Source: an uncultured Muribaculaceae bacterium (GTDB taxonomy: Bacteria > Bacteroidota > Bacteroidia > Bacteroidales > UBA932). Taken from it: a DNA stretch of 64,000 nucleotides. Below the pieces are notes generated by a model. That model did no database searches. It was not told the origin of the DNA and worked only from the letters and a program-made list of their open reading frames with translations. Where the stretch lies: contig CAZREC010000001.1 in the NCBI GenBank assembly GCA_964599025.1, positions 9,820 to 73,819 on the forward strand, given 5' to 3'. Below, piece after piece: positions 1 through 10,054 of this stretch. A program made the translations under genes and the position numbers. Within the stretch, counting starts at the first letter, position 1; the number at the start of each line of letters is the position of its first letter.

Positions 1-3000
1 ACGTCAGCAATATCGGTGATCTTTGTTTCTGCTCCGTTGTAGACAATCTTTGGCAACCCAACCTCGTCATACCCAGCCCACTCAATTGCAGCAAGATAGC
101 TAAGCGGCTGATTTGGTTTGCGATAGTAGAACGCCATGGTTGTATAGGCAGAAATATTATTTGACACCTTTGTTATTCCTTTGGCTATATTTCTATTTGT
201 AGAATACTGAAATATAGTCTGCCACTTAAAATTCTTGTTGTTTATTACATTCGCCTTTAATTCAAACTCAAGTCCGGTATTTTTCAATTTTCCCGCATTA
301 AGTGTCGCTCTGTTGTTTTGGAAGCCGTATGTTCCGTTGACTGCCATCTGAACAAGACAATCCTTAGAATCCTTATGATAAAAGTTTATGGTTCCACTAA
401 TATTGTTTGAAAAGAAAGCATAGTCCAGACCCAGGTTATATGTAGAGGTCTTCTCCCATGTCAGATTGGGGTTTGGAGCCGACTGTATTGCAAAATAAGG
501 GAGACTCAATACTTTATCGGTCCATGGATATCCGTACAGATAAGGCGCAGCACTTTTATCAATATTTCCGTTCCATCCGTAAGATGCCCTTAATTTAAGA
601 TAGTCTATACCACTAAGATACTTCTTGGCAAATTTTTCTTCTGTTATGGTCCATCCCATACCAACCGACCATTGAGGTAAGTTAGGAGAGTCCGAAGAAC
701 TACCGAAAAGATTTGTTTTATCCAGTCTGATACTTCCGGTCAGGTCATATTTTGTAGAAAATGTATAACCAAAATTACCAAAGTATGATACGAATCTGTC
801 ATCCCTGCCATTTACACTAAAGTAATATTTTCCGGGAATCATTGGTATTGTCTGGTAATAATTGCTTTGCCCCGACAATTTAGGAGTTATCAAAGTTTTA
901 AAATCCATCCCAGTTGCATAGGTAAGCGCCTGAGGATCATATCCATAATAACCATAAGGATTTTCATCATAGTAATCCTTTCTCCAGTCTGTACCAGCCA
1001 TTACTTTGATAGAATGCCTTTCAAATCTTTTGTCATAAGTAATTTGCGCCCTGTAACTGTTCCCTGAACCGAATCTTTTATTTTCATACAACATACCTCC
1101 TGGAGGAATAGGATATGTTCCGTCGGTTCTGGCATTATTATTTACCTGATTTCTGACAACCCAGCTATTTTCATTATAATACTCACGCAAATACCGATTT
1201 ATATATTGATATTGGTAAGAGAGTTCTATATCAATATTCTTTATAGGCATCAGATTTACTTTTGCAGTTAAGCGCAAGTCCGAATTTTTTTCTGTATTGT
1301 CTCTGTTGTCGGCTTCTCGTTTAAGGTTCCAGTTCCAATCGTAGGGTAATTTATATTTTGCAACCGTATCTGCCCTGGATGATGACTTTAAAGAGTAGTA
1401 TGAATCGTAACTAGACCGTGAGTCCTGGGCTATCATGGGCAGGTAATTCCCATTATCGTCCAGGATCCTTGTCATTTGATTAATAAAATTCAACTCCTTT
1501 ATATCCATCCCGTTGTTTTTCTGCTCTGTCAGATTAAGATTAGCTCCTAGAGAGAGTCTTATCCACTGGGCCGGCATTAACTGGTCATTGACATTTATAA
1601 TGTAATCATTTCTTGAATTGCCCTTGTTATACTTCTGATTTGAAGTAGCCGTCATAGAGGTTCTGAAATTATGCGTTTTCCCTCCCAGCTGATATGCAAT
1701 GTTTGCTTTAGTATTGGTCTCTAATTTAGAGAGAAACAAATCGGCAAATTCATCTCTTACATCAATTTTTTTCAGTTCATCGAGCTGACTGTTTGCCTCT
1801 GCCATTGTAATCACCCCTCTTTTAGCAGCTGCAAGTGTTTTGATTACCGGTGCCAGGTCATAATTATTGTAATATGTTGAGTTTGTGATAAATTGATCTA
1901 GATAGGTGGTTTCAAAAGCCATCCATTTATAAATATCAACTGCCTGCGAGCTGCTTGCCCATGGTATCTTATTAAGGTTAGGAGCAGACTGTGCATAAAA
2001 ATCAACTGAAACATCAACTTGAGGAGTTGGGCTTTTACCTCTCTTTGTTGTTATTACAATAACTCCATTTGCTGCCTGCGCCCCCCAGATAGAAGCAGCG
2101 GCCGCATCTTTTAAGACGGTTACATTTTCAATATCGTCGGGATTGATAGACCTCCATGGATCAGATGCCGAACTAACCGGAAATCCGTCGACAACAATGA
2201 GCGGATTGTTATCACCAAATGTACTGGCTCCTCTTATTATAATACTTCTGCTTGCCTGATCTGTAGGATATTGGTCCTCTACATAGTTTGGTTCAAAATA
2301 GAGACCCGGGACAAGACCCTCCAGCTTATCCTTTAAACTGAAGTTAGATGTCCGTTTCAGTATTGTTGAATCCAGTATTGTATATGCACCTGTAGCCCTC
2401 TCTTTTGGCAGTGTCTGGTAACCGGTTATCATCACTTCGGAAAGCAGTTTCTGATCCTCGTCCATAACAACAGTATAGTCTGTTCTGTCGTCAAGGTAAA
2501 GAACAACACTGTTCATACCAATCATCTTAAAAAGCAATGATAATCCTTTTGATTTTGGGACATCCATTACAAATTTTCCATTATCGTCGGTAAATGCTCC
2601 CTTTTTTGTTCCCTGAAGCATTATCCCAACGCCTGGTAAGGGAACCTGATTCTTATCTATAACCCTACCTGTGATTTTTACAGTTTGAGCTGTAGCCGGA
2701 TTAGTATTTTTCTGCTGAATGACAATCTGCTTTTCATTAAAAGTGTAAGTAAGATTGGTTTTAGCAAAAACGGTGTTAAGAACCGTGGAGATTGGCTGAT
2801 CTTTTGCTTCTATCGAAATTTTAGGCAATGACTCAACTTGTGATGTCTTATAGAAAAATTTAAATGTAGTTATCTTCTCAACTTCTTTAAAGAATTCAAT
2901 AATAGTAACATCTTTTAAGGAGATTGTTATTTTTTCCTGCTGGCCCGCACCATAAAGAAGTGAGGGAAAAAGCAGAAAAAAAACTACCGGCATAAGGACA

Positions 3001-3062
3001 AGTTGCCGTAAAGCATGCCTTCCATTGAAGCACTTTTTTCTCAATAGTGAAAAAGTTTTCAT
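1..3062 (-). CDS. susC: SusC/RagA-family TonB-dependent outer membrane receptor with N-terminal STN domain (3' end runs off the window)
   Basis: ATG at 3062 (MKTFSLLRKK...QEKITISLKDVTIIEFFKEVEK). Motifs VMITGYQTLPKERATGAY and INPDDIENVTVLKDAAAASIWGAQAANGVIVITTKRG. No in-frame stop, which explains its absence from the ORF track. Lies downstream of ECF-FecR. Confidence 0.93.
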   Translation of the reverse strand, partial: MKTFSLLRKKCFNGRHALRQLVLMPVVFFLLFPSLLYGAGQQEKITISLKDVTIIEFFKEVEKITTFKFFYKTSQVESLPKISIEAKDQPISTVLNTVFAKTNLTYTFNEKQIVIQQKNTNPATAQTVKITGRVIDKNQVPLPGVGIMLQGTKKGAFTDDNGKFVMDVPKSKGLSLLFKMIGMNSVVLYLDDRTDYTVVMDEDQKLLSEVMITGYQTLPKERATGAYTILDSTILKRTSNFSLKDKLEGLVPGLYFEPNYVEDQYPTDQASRSIIIRGASTFGDNNPLIVVDGFPVSSASDPWRSINPDDIENVTVLKDAAAASIWGAQAANGVIVITTKRGKSPTPQVDVSVDFYAQSAPNLNKIPWASSSQAVDIYKWMAFETTYLDQFITNSTYYNNYDLAPVIKTLAAAKRGVITMAEANSQLDELKKIDVRDEFADLFLSKLETNTKANIAYQLGGKTHNFRTSMTATSNQKYNKGNSRNDYIINVNDQLMPAQWIRLSLGANLNLTEQKNNGMDIKELNFINQMTRILDDNGNYLPMIAQDSRSSYDSYYSLKSSSRADTVAKYKLPYDWNWNLKREADNRDNTEKNSDLRLTAKVNLMPIKNIDIELSYQYQYINRYLREYYNENSWVVRNQVNNNARTDGTYPIPPGGMLYENKRFGSGNSYRAQITYDKRFERHSIKVMAGTDWRKDYYDENPYGYYGYDPQALTYATGMDFKTLITPKLSGQSNYYQTIPMIPGKYYFSVNGRDDRFVSYFGNFGYTFSTKYDLTGSIRLDKTNLFGSSSDSPNLPQWSVGMGWTITEEKFAKKYLSGIDYLKLRASYGWNGNIDKSAAPYLYGYPWTDKVLSLPYFAIQSAPNPNLTWEKTSTYNLGLDYAFFSNNISGTINFYHKDSKDCLVQMAVNGTYGFQNNRATLNAGKLKNTGLEFELKANVINNKNFKWQTIFQYSTNRNIAKGITKVSNNISAYTTMAFYYRKPNQPLSYLAAIEWAGYDEVGLPKIVYNGAETKITDIAD

Positions 3063-3107
3063 AGTTTTGCGTTAATTTCTGGTTAATATTAATATATTGA
3101 TCGGTAT

Positions 3108-3156
3108 AGCGGGAGGTTATAAAGTTTACCACGCCTTAGGATCTCCCGCTTTTTTT
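3108..3156. promoter_or_regulatory. Stem-loop between fecR and susC
   Basis: AGCGGGAG (3108-3115) pairs with CTCCCGCT (3143-3150); T run 3150-3156 on the + strand. Confidence 0.6.
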
Positions 3157-3157
3157 A

Positions 3158-4342
3158 TCAGTCTTTCATGTCCTCTATTATTAAAATTCCATTCTCTATT
3201 TTATATCTTACTTTAGCACTCAGCGCTATTGTCTTCATGGCAGCTTCTATATTTTCCCTGTCAAATTTGCCGTTGAATTTTTCACGCTTAGACACAGTGG
3301 AGTTATTTATTATTTCAACTCCATACCATGAACAGAGGCTCTCCAACATAGAATCAATTGATTGCTCCTTCAGGACAAGGATACCGTCTTTCCACAGAGT
3401 CATTGATTTTGAATCCACATTGCTTACAGAGATATTTCTGTGAATACGGTTGATTGAGAGCATTTCGTTAGGACTAATAATCTTGCTTTGTCCGTCTGCC
3501 AGAACCTTAACCGAACCCTCCACAAGAATTACGGAAGAACTTGTTGCTTCCCTTTTGGACTCAACGTCAAAAGATGTTCCCAGTACCTCAACTTTCATAT
3601 CAGAAGTAGTAACAATAAACGGAACATCCGATTTCTGAACATCGAAATAAGCTCTGCCCTCCAGAGTTACTTCTCTGCTCTCTTTTCCAAAGCTGACCGG
3701 ATATCTGATATATGAGTTTGAGTTCAGGAATACTCTCGTACCGTCGGAGAGAACAACAGCAAACCTTTCTCCCGAAGGTATTGACACTGAATTATATTTA
3801 AGCTTCTCTTTTTTCTTGTGAGGTCCTTCTTTCTGATCGGTGTAAGAAATCTCCCGCTGATTAGCCGAATTAAGGTTTATCTCTTTCTCCATGGCATAAT
3901 AAGGTGACTTCCTCATTGGATTAATTACCCGGCCATCGGATAGTTCTACCTTAATAGAATCTGTGTTATATTTTAATTCAGAAAAGGAGACATGTGAATA
4001 ACTATGCCATGCACTATAATTGTCATAAAGCTTGAATAACCCGAAGAATAACAAAATAGCCGCAGCCGAAGAGATTGCAAAAATAAATCTTCTTCTGTTG
4101 ATGTTTCTCTTTTTGTTATACCTTATATAGTGAATTAAAGACTGAAGGGATTGTTCTTTTTTCCCTTCACTTACACGAATTTCCTGAGCAGAGTGCCATA
4201 CCTCCTTATATTGTTCAAAGTATCTTTCATTTTCGATATCCTTGATCCATTCTGCAAATTCCTCTATTTCATCCGTACCGGCAACCCCTTTGAGTATTCT
4301 GGAAATCAGAATATCCCTGGTCTCTTCTTCTTTTAATTGCAT
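3158..4342 (-). CDS. FecR-family anti-sigma factor
   Basis: One TM segment; VVLSDGTRVFLNSNSYIRYP, REVTLEGRAYFDV, VEVLGTSFDV, WKDGILV. Lies between ECF sigma and susC. Confidence 0.93.
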   Translation of the reverse strand: MQLKEEETRDILISRILKGVAGTDEIEEFAEWIKDIENERYFEQYKEVWHSAQEIRVSEGKKEQSLQSLIHYIRYNKKRNINRRRFIFAISSAAAILLFFGLFKLYDNYSAWHSYSHVSFSELKYNTDSIKVELSDGRVINPMRKSPYYAMEKEINLNSANQREISYTDQKEGPHKKKEKLKYNSVSIPSGERFAVVLSDGTRVFLNSNSYIRYPVSFGKESREVTLEGRAYFDVQKSDVPFIVTTSDMKVEVLGTSFDVESKREATSSSVILVEGSVKVLADGQSKIISPNEMLSINRIHRNISVSNVDSKSMTLWKDGILVLKEQSIDSMLESLCSWYGVEIINNSTVSKREKFNGKFDRENIEAAMKTIALSAKVRYKIENGILIIEDMKD

Positions 4343-4365
4343 CCTTGAAATTTGTTATTTTTTCT

Positions 4366-4393
4366 AAGACGCTGAAAGGAGATTTACCCCCTA
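4366..4393 (-). promoter_or_regulatory. Putative ECF-dependent promoter for fecR-susC
   Basis: The minus strand reads TAGGGGGTAAATCTCCTTTCAGCGTCTT: a G-rich -35-like box at the ECF stop codon and a CGTC -10-like box, just upstream of fecR. Confidence 0.45.
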
Positions 4394-4957
4394 AAACAAA
4401 ATGAAATATTTTAGTTTTTCCCTCAATCTTTTTAAGGCTATCGTCATTTGGTTCTCTATCGTCTTCATGGAGATATTCATGATTTTAGCAACTTCTGCAT
4501 AAGATTGTCCGTTAATTTTACATCTTATAAAAATCTCCCGGCATTTTTCCGGCAGAGATTCAACATTCTGCAATATAGCCCTCCTTGTCTCTGAATCAAT
4601 CAGACGCATTTCTGTCTGAGGGCTTTGAACTATTCTGGAAAAATACAGGTCTATCTGGCCCTTTTCCTCGTATTTCGAAAGCAACTTTTTTTGTCTTATG
4701 GTATTAATACAATTATTATATACCGACCTGTAGAGATATGACTTAATAGAGTCCCGTATTTCCAGCTTGTGACGTATATCCCACATATGGTAGAAAGTCT
4801 TTTGCACACACTCCTGTGCATCACTGCTGTCATTCAGTATCCTGAAAGCATATGAAAAAAGATTACTATAATACTTTATAAAAATAAAAGAAAAAGCCTC
4901 CTCTCCTCCCGCCTTCAGAGCGTTAAGCAATTCCTCACTATTTGTAAAGTTCACCAT
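4391..4957 (-). CDS. ECF RNA polymerase sigma-70 factor (Bacteroidetes expansion type)
   Basis: DAQECVQKTF, SIKSYLYRSVYNNCIN; region 4 LPEKCREIF...SYAEVAKIMNISMKTIENQMTIALKRLR. Confidence 0.95.
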   Translation of the reverse strand: MVNFTNSEELLNALKAGGEEAFSFIFIKYYSNLFSYAFRILNDSSDAQECVQKTFYHMWDIRHKLEIRDSIKSYLYRSVYNNCINTIRQKKLLSKYEEKGQIDLYFSRIVQSPQTEMRLIDSETRRAILQNVESLPEKCREIFIRCKINGQSYAEVAKIMNISMKTIENQMTIALKRLREKLKYFILF

Positions 4958-5111
4958 TGATCAGTGCAAATATAATAATCATTTTACCGCATTATCCCAG
5001 CTCTTTGACAACCGTAATTATTGGATACATCATACCAACAATGAGAATAAAAAGTAATACAAACTATTACAATTCTAAGAATATCAAGTATTTTTATTAA
5101 CATGGCAATAT

Positions 5112-5804
5112 TTAATTAGTGATTCTTTTTTTTACTGTCTCTTTTCCTATACCCCTGCCGTGTCCAGGCAGAAAAAGAGAGCATCCGGTATCCAGTAATA
5201 ATTTCCAACTTTTTTTCATTACTGATACATCATCGGCAAAAGGAGGAAATATCGAACCCGGTAATGTTCCAAAAAGAGTATCTCCCACTATTGCAATTTC
5301 TTTATCAATTATTACACTGAGAGAACCAGGTGAATGTCCGGGAGTACTGATAACCTCAATGTTCGGGTCCAAACACTTCTTTATGTCAAGATTTTTTTCA
5401 ACAATCAAGTCTATATTAAAAGGTTTGTATCCTGCAATTTTATCCCCGAGCATCTGCCCCAGGGCCGAGATTATACGGGCGGGTGCAATTGTACCTTTTG
5501 GAACCGGAGTATAGCCGGTCATTGTAAAATTACTTTCAAACTCACTTGCCAAAATTTTACATTTATATAGCTCCCTTAATGCAAAAGCATTCTGGCAGTG
5601 ATCATAATGGGTGTGAGTCAATATAAGATAGTCAATACTCTTACAATCAAGAATTGACAGGTTTTTCTGAAGTTTTTTAAATGCTGTCCCTCTGCCGGTA
5701 TCTACAAGAATTTTAAGCTCTTCCGCCACAATTAGAAAAGCGTTGCTTCTCAGGGAGAGGACCTGATAAATTTTATACCCGTTTTTCGTGGTCCAGTTTT
5801 TCAT
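5112..5804 (-). CDS. MBL-fold metallo-hydrolase
   Basis: LVDTG, LTHTHYDH, TPGHSPGS, VGDT, PGHG motifs. Confidence 0.9.
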   Translation of the reverse strand: MKNWTTKNGYKIYQVLSLRSNAFLIVAEELKILVDTGRGTAFKKLQKNLSILDCKSIDYLILTHTHYDHCQNAFALRELYKCKILASEFESNFTMTGYTPVPKGTIAPARIISALGQMLGDKIAGYKPFNIDLIVEKNLDIKKCLDPNIEVISTPGHSPGSLSVIIDKEIAIVGDTLFGTLPGSIFPPFADDVSVMKKSWKLLLDTGCSLFLPGHGRGIGKETVKKRITN

Positions 5805-5897
5805 AGTTGGCCAGTCGAATTGAAAAATAAATATACTATTGTTTTTTTTAATTTCTCATCTTTACTTAAAATACCTACTTTTTAAAAAAGTATTGAC

Positions 5898-6494
5898 ATG
5901 CAAAAAAATTTTTGTTTTTTAATCATTCTCCTGTTTTCGTTGAGTTTGTCAGCCAAACAGCAAAAAAACGATAATGTAACGACAGCATTATTGATTGTTG
6001 ATATTCAGAATTTTTACTTTCCGGGAGATGGACCCGGCCTTGTTAATGCAGAAGCTGCCAGTCTTGCAGCAAAACAAGTTCTTCAGATCTTCAGGGAGAA
6101 GAACCTGCTTGTTGTACATGTCCGACATAAATCGGCCAAGGGATTTGAAATACACAAAAACGTAGCGCCACTCTCCAGCGAGAAGGTTATTACAAAAGAG
6201 TCCGTAAATAGTTTTCAGGGTACCGATCTGTTGGAATACCTCAGAAGCAACAATGTGAAAAGATTGGTTATCATAGGCATGCAGACGCAAATGTGTCTAG
6301 AAGCAGCGGTCCGTGCAGCAAAGGATTTTGGATTTGAATGCCTGGTTGTTCAGGAAGCATGCGCCACCAGGGATCTTAAATTCGGAGAGAGGACAGTTAA
6401 GGCAGAGGATGTTCAGACAGCAGTGTTTGCAACTCTTTCCGATGGCAGGTATGCAAAGGTGATTCATCTGGAAGAGCTAAATGAAATTATATGA
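5898..6494 (+). CDS. Isochorismatase-family cysteine hydrolase with signal peptide
   Basis: TALLIVDIQN (Asp), ITKESVNSF (Lys), GMQTQMCLEAAVRAAKDFGF (Cys); hydrophobic N-terminus ending SLSA. Confidence 0.9.
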   Translation: MQKNFCFLIILLFSLSLSAKQQKNDNVTTALLIVDIQNFYFPGDGPGLVNAEAASLAAKQVLQIFREKNLLVVHVRHKSAKGFEIHKNVAPLSSEKVITKESVNSFQGTDLLEYLRSNNVKRLVIIGMQTQMCLEAAVRAAKDFGFECLVVQEACATRDLKFGERTVKAEDVQTAVFATLSDGRYAKVIHLEELNEII

Positions 6495-8662
6495 TATCAA
6501 TAAGTATTCAAAGCCTAAGTTCGGTTCCTCTCGTATTAGCAGAGGGAAAGCTGGACACAACAACTTGCCTTGAATTTGATAAGAGTGTCCAGCCATTGGT
6601 CCAAAATGAGAGCTTCATAATCATAGACCTCTCTGAGTGCACCTATCTCTCAAGTGCAGGAATAAGGGTTCTCATGATTTCTGAAAAAAAACTACTCGCC
6701 AAAGGGGGCGGTTTGTTTTTGACCGGGTTGTTACCGGAAGTATATCAGGTTATTGAGATGGCCGGTCTTCAGGTTGTTTTTCGTATTTTCAGAAACAATG
6801 AGGAGGCTCTGGACGAAATCAGAAGAAAAAAACTGAAGGTTAACGAATCCATTAAATGGCAAACCGGTGGATTTTCATTTAATTTCATTCAGGCCGATAA
6901 TAAAGCAGAGCCCGATACTCTCTGGAATGAAAATACCATTGCCGGTTATAACGAACTTAAAGTTGCCATCGGTTCAGGATCTTCGGCAGAATCTCCTTTT
7001 GAAGACAAAAAATTTCAGGGACTATTTATCACCTGCGGCGTTTGTGCCGGGTTCATTCCTGACGACACAAGCTTGCCCCCCGATTTTAAACTTCCAAAGG
7101 ACCCCGCCAAGGCCGGAATTTTTGTAAAACAGGCGATTTCTTTCGGAAACAATCCATCTGGGCTTGTAAGGTTATCCGGACCATGTTCCGTCACAATTGA
7201 GGAGCTGGCCAAAGGAGTTCTCTCTTTTAAAAAACAATTCCGGCCAGACAGTAATAACCTTATTGCAATGGTTATCGCAAATTTCAATCCCGCAGATCCG
7301 TCGGTTGTCATCTGTCAGTTCAACAGCAATGAAGAAGAACTCTCTGTAACCGGTGCCAAATTTGTTCTGTCCGATATTTCAGGCGTTCCTACAGATGCCT
7401 CCCTGTCAAAATTCCTTAATGATACATTGTCTCTGGAAAATATAATATCGGTTGAGAAAATAAATCACAGTGATATCACCGTAAATCCTATGGCATGGAT
7501 TTTCATCTCCGACACTATTGCCGATGCATCCGAAATGCGTCTTAAAATCGACACCTCCGGAGAGGTTTCACTGGAGCCCCATATAGAGTTCCTTGTCAGA
7601 AGGCTCTATACCGACTCCGCAAGAGTAATAATAAAACAGATTCATGGCGGGTACTCTGCAAAAACTTATCAGGTGACATCATTTGACAGTGATAAAAGGA
7701 AACTTAGACCAACCGTACTAAAAATAGCAAATAGGGCAATAATCACGAGAGAGTCTGAACGATGCCAGAAGTATGCACTCCCTTATATTCTTAATAACAG
7801 CGCTATAGTTCTTGGCAATGAATTTTTTGGCGACACCGGTGCATTAAGATATAACTTTGTGGGCATCGGCGGAGAGCAGACACAGCTTCAGTGGCTCACC
7901 CATTATTATAACAGCTGGCCCGTTGATAAGCTGGAACCTCTTTTCGACAAGATTTTCCTGCAGATCCTCAATCCGTGGTATGGCCAGCCGGTAAGTCAGA
8001 CAATTTTTCCATACCGCGACCATGATCCAACATTTACATTTTTCCCAAATCTGTGCAATACGGCCGAAGAGAAGTTTAACATCTCTTCAGAAGAACAATT
8101 TGTGACAGTCATAGAGACAGGCCAAAAGCTTACAAACCCATACTGGTTCCTTAAGCATGAGTTTGCAAACCGACGTGAAACTGCTATGGATTATTATACA
8201 TCAATCTGCCACGGAGATCTTAACATGCAGAATATTCTGCTCGATCAGGAGATGAATGTATACCTTATAGACTTTTCAGAAACAAGACCGCGGTCACTTG
8301 TGTCGGATTTCGCAAGGCTCGAGGCAATATTTATTGTTGATAACGCTCCTGTAGAAAATGACAGTGACATGGAAGAGTATGTGAAGTTCATATACGGATT
8401 CTATAATACCGACAAACTTGACGAGATACCGGTAAATTGCTACAGGGGCAAGCACAGCCATAAAGTAAACAAAGCCTACTCATTAAGCCTGAAGATGAGA
8501 AAGTATGCATATAACAGTGTAAGCTGCAACCCAGATCCATTACCATACAACCTTGCCCTCCTTGAATGGGTATTACCTGTTGTCTGCTATAGTAGCGCTT
8601 CCGACGCGCAGAAGCGCATCTCCATGATTGTAGCCGGAATGTTGTGCGGGAAGTGCCGGTAG
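6491..8662 (+). CDS. STAS domain + uncharacterised central domain + APH/ePK-like phosphotransferase fusion
   Basis: N-terminal GKLD...IIDLSECTYLSSAGIRVL (STAS); C-terminal HGGYSAKTY, VLKIA, RESER, ICHGDLNMQNIL, LIDFSE, DFARLE. Confidence 0.8.
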   Translation: MISISIQSLSSVPLVLAEGKLDTTTCLEFDKSVQPLVQNESFIIIDLSECTYLSSAGIRVLMISEKKLLAKGGGLFLTGLLPEVYQVIEMAGLQVVFRIFRNNEEALDEIRRKKLKVNESIKWQTGGFSFNFIQADNKAEPDTLWNENTIAGYNELKVAIGSGSSAESPFEDKKFQGLFITCGVCAGFIPDDTSLPPDFKLPKDPAKAGIFVKQAISFGNNPSGLVRLSGPCSVTIEELAKGVLSFKKQFRPDSNNLIAMVIANFNPADPSVVICQFNSNEEELSVTGAKFVLSDISGVPTDASLSKFLNDTLSLENIISVEKINHSDITVNPMAWIFISDTIADASEMRLKIDTSGEVSLEPHIEFLVRRLYTDSARVIIKQIHGGYSAKTYQVTSFDSDKRKLRPTVLKIANRAIITRESERCQKYALPYILNNSAIVLGNEFFGDTGALRYNFVGIGGEQTQLQWLTHYYNSWPVDKLEPLFDKIFLQILNPWYGQPVSQTIFPYRDHDPTFTFFPNLCNTAEEKFNISSEEQFVTVIETGQKLTNPYWFLKHEFANRRETAMDYYTSICHGDLNMQNILLDQEMNVYLIDFSETRPRSLVSDFARLEAIFIVDNAPVENDSDMEEYVKFIYGFYNTDKLDEIPVNCYRGKHSHKVNKAYSLSLKMRKYAYNSVSCNPDPLPYNLALLEWVLPVVCYSSASDAQKRISMIVAGMLCGKCR

Positions 8663-8694
8663 TTTTTGTTTTTTGCTAACTAATCTACAACTAT

Positions 8695-10008
8695 ATGAAA
8701 CAAGTAAAATTTGGATTTGTAATTGCAATACGTTGCATTGTTGTTATTTTCTCTCTTGTACAAATTTCCGGTTGTGAAAAAAGTATTGCAACAGCATCAA
8801 TAGAATTTTTTTCAGAACAGATCCCCGGAAGTAAAAATCATAGTCCCAACGGGACATGGTGGGGATACAATCAAAGCAAGATAGTGCGTTACGGGAATGT
8901 GGTATATATGTATGTGATAGAGAATCAGAACATAGATTCTAATCCAAACCCTAATGCCACAAATCCCTCAAAAATTGTACTATACAGGAAAGACGGCGAC
9001 AATAGCTGGCAAAAAGGAGGGTCGTTAAATACATCGCGTCCCGGCAACATCTTAATAGACTCAGATGGAATAGTACACCTTATTGTTTTCGAGCCTACTT
9101 ATACCCAATCTTCCGAAAACGGTTCGTACGGCAGACTGAAACACTACTGGTTCCCTAACTGCAAAACAGGAGATATAACAAGTTCCCAGCAGGAGACAAT
9201 CATAGATAACGACGGTGTCTCACAGGGAGAAACTGTAAATATAAGAGTAGGGGCATCTATGGGCAAGGACGATATGATGGCTGTTTCTTTCGGGCTGAAT
9301 AAAACACACAGGCTGTATTGCAAAGAAAAAACAGGAGTAAAGTGGATCATGGATTATTCCAGTCCAAACATGGGAAGCGACATATATTATCCATATGTGA
9401 TTGTTACAGATTCCGGATTTGCTATCCTTGCTATTCAGGATGATTATGTTGGTCAGAATTTGCCTAACATATACCAGAAAACCTTTTATTTTGAAAAGAA
9501 AAACGGAGCCTGGAAGAATGAAATTTTTATTACCCTGCAAGCTCACCCTCTGGCACAATCACGTCCCCAACTTATAGAGAACAGCGATATCTGTCAGGAT
9601 GCGGCAAAGCAAATCCACCTTCTGTACCAGACCAAATTAAATCCTTCCGATCAATATCAAAACGCATTCTCCCTCTCCTCTCAGCTTACTTCGGGTTGGG
9701 ACAACAAATCTGTTAGTGCCTCTGACAAGACAAACTGGATGCGGCTGATAGAGGTAAACGGTGAGATTTACTATCTGTGCTGCTCCTGGGACAAGCTTTA
9801 CATAAAAAAAGGAGTTGCCGTAGAACTTAAGCAGCTGAAGGTTCCAAAAGTTAGCGGCATGTATATCTATGTTTCATCGCCGCGTGGAGGCACCAAATCT
9901 ACAGAAAATTATGTTGACATATTGTTGCTTAACGGCAACAGTGGCGATTATCCAAATGCAAAGAATTACTATGTAAGGATTGCAAAGTCTGAATTTGCCA
10001 AAATTTAA
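8695..10008 (+). CDS. Putative lipoprotein, beta-rich (possible BNR/beta-propeller)
   Basis: Lipobox-like ISG-C27; repeated beta-strand/Trp units ([21 protein letters not shown]). Confidence 0.6.
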   Translation: MKQVKFGFVIAIRCIVVIFSLVQISGCEKSIATASIEFFSEQIPGSKNHSPNGTWWGYNQSKIVRYGNVVYMYVIENQNIDSNPNPNATNPSKIVLYRKDGDNSWQKGGSLNTSRPGNILIDSDGIVHLIVFEPTYTQSSENGSYGRLKHYWFPNCKTGDITSSQQETIIDNDGVSQGETVNIRVGASMGKDDMMAVSFGLNKTHRLYCKEKTGVKWIMDYSSPNMGSDIYYPYVIVTDSGFAILAIQDDYVGQNLPNIYQKTFYFEKKNGAWKNEIFITLQAHPLAQSRPQLIENSDICQDAAKQIHLLYQTKLNPSDQYQNAFSLSSQLTSGWDNKSVSASDKTNWMRLIEVNGEIYYLCCSWDKLYIKKGVAVELKQLKVPKVSGMYIYVSSPRGGTKSTENYVDILLLNGNSGDYPNAKNYYVRIAKSEFAKI

Positions 10009-10023
10009 CAGAGTAAATTTGTT

Positions 10024-10031
10024 TATATTTG
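10024..10031 (+). promoter_or_regulatory. Bacteroidetes housekeeping -7 box upstream of thyA
   Basis: TATATTTG matches TAnnTTTG. Equivalent boxes at 4967-4974(-), 13356-13363(-), 14856-14863(-), 19926-19933(-), 19955-19962(+), 24685-24692(-), 25827-25834(+), 34621-34628(-), 37962-37969(-), 38362-38369(+), 63421-63428(+). Confidence 0.65.
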
Positions 10032-10054
10032 CCCTGCGGATTTGTACAATAATA

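Noticed and set aside
2896..3132. 78-aa ORF upstream of susC as a leader peptide
   Set aside because: Overlaps the susC start in another frame and has no recognisable features.
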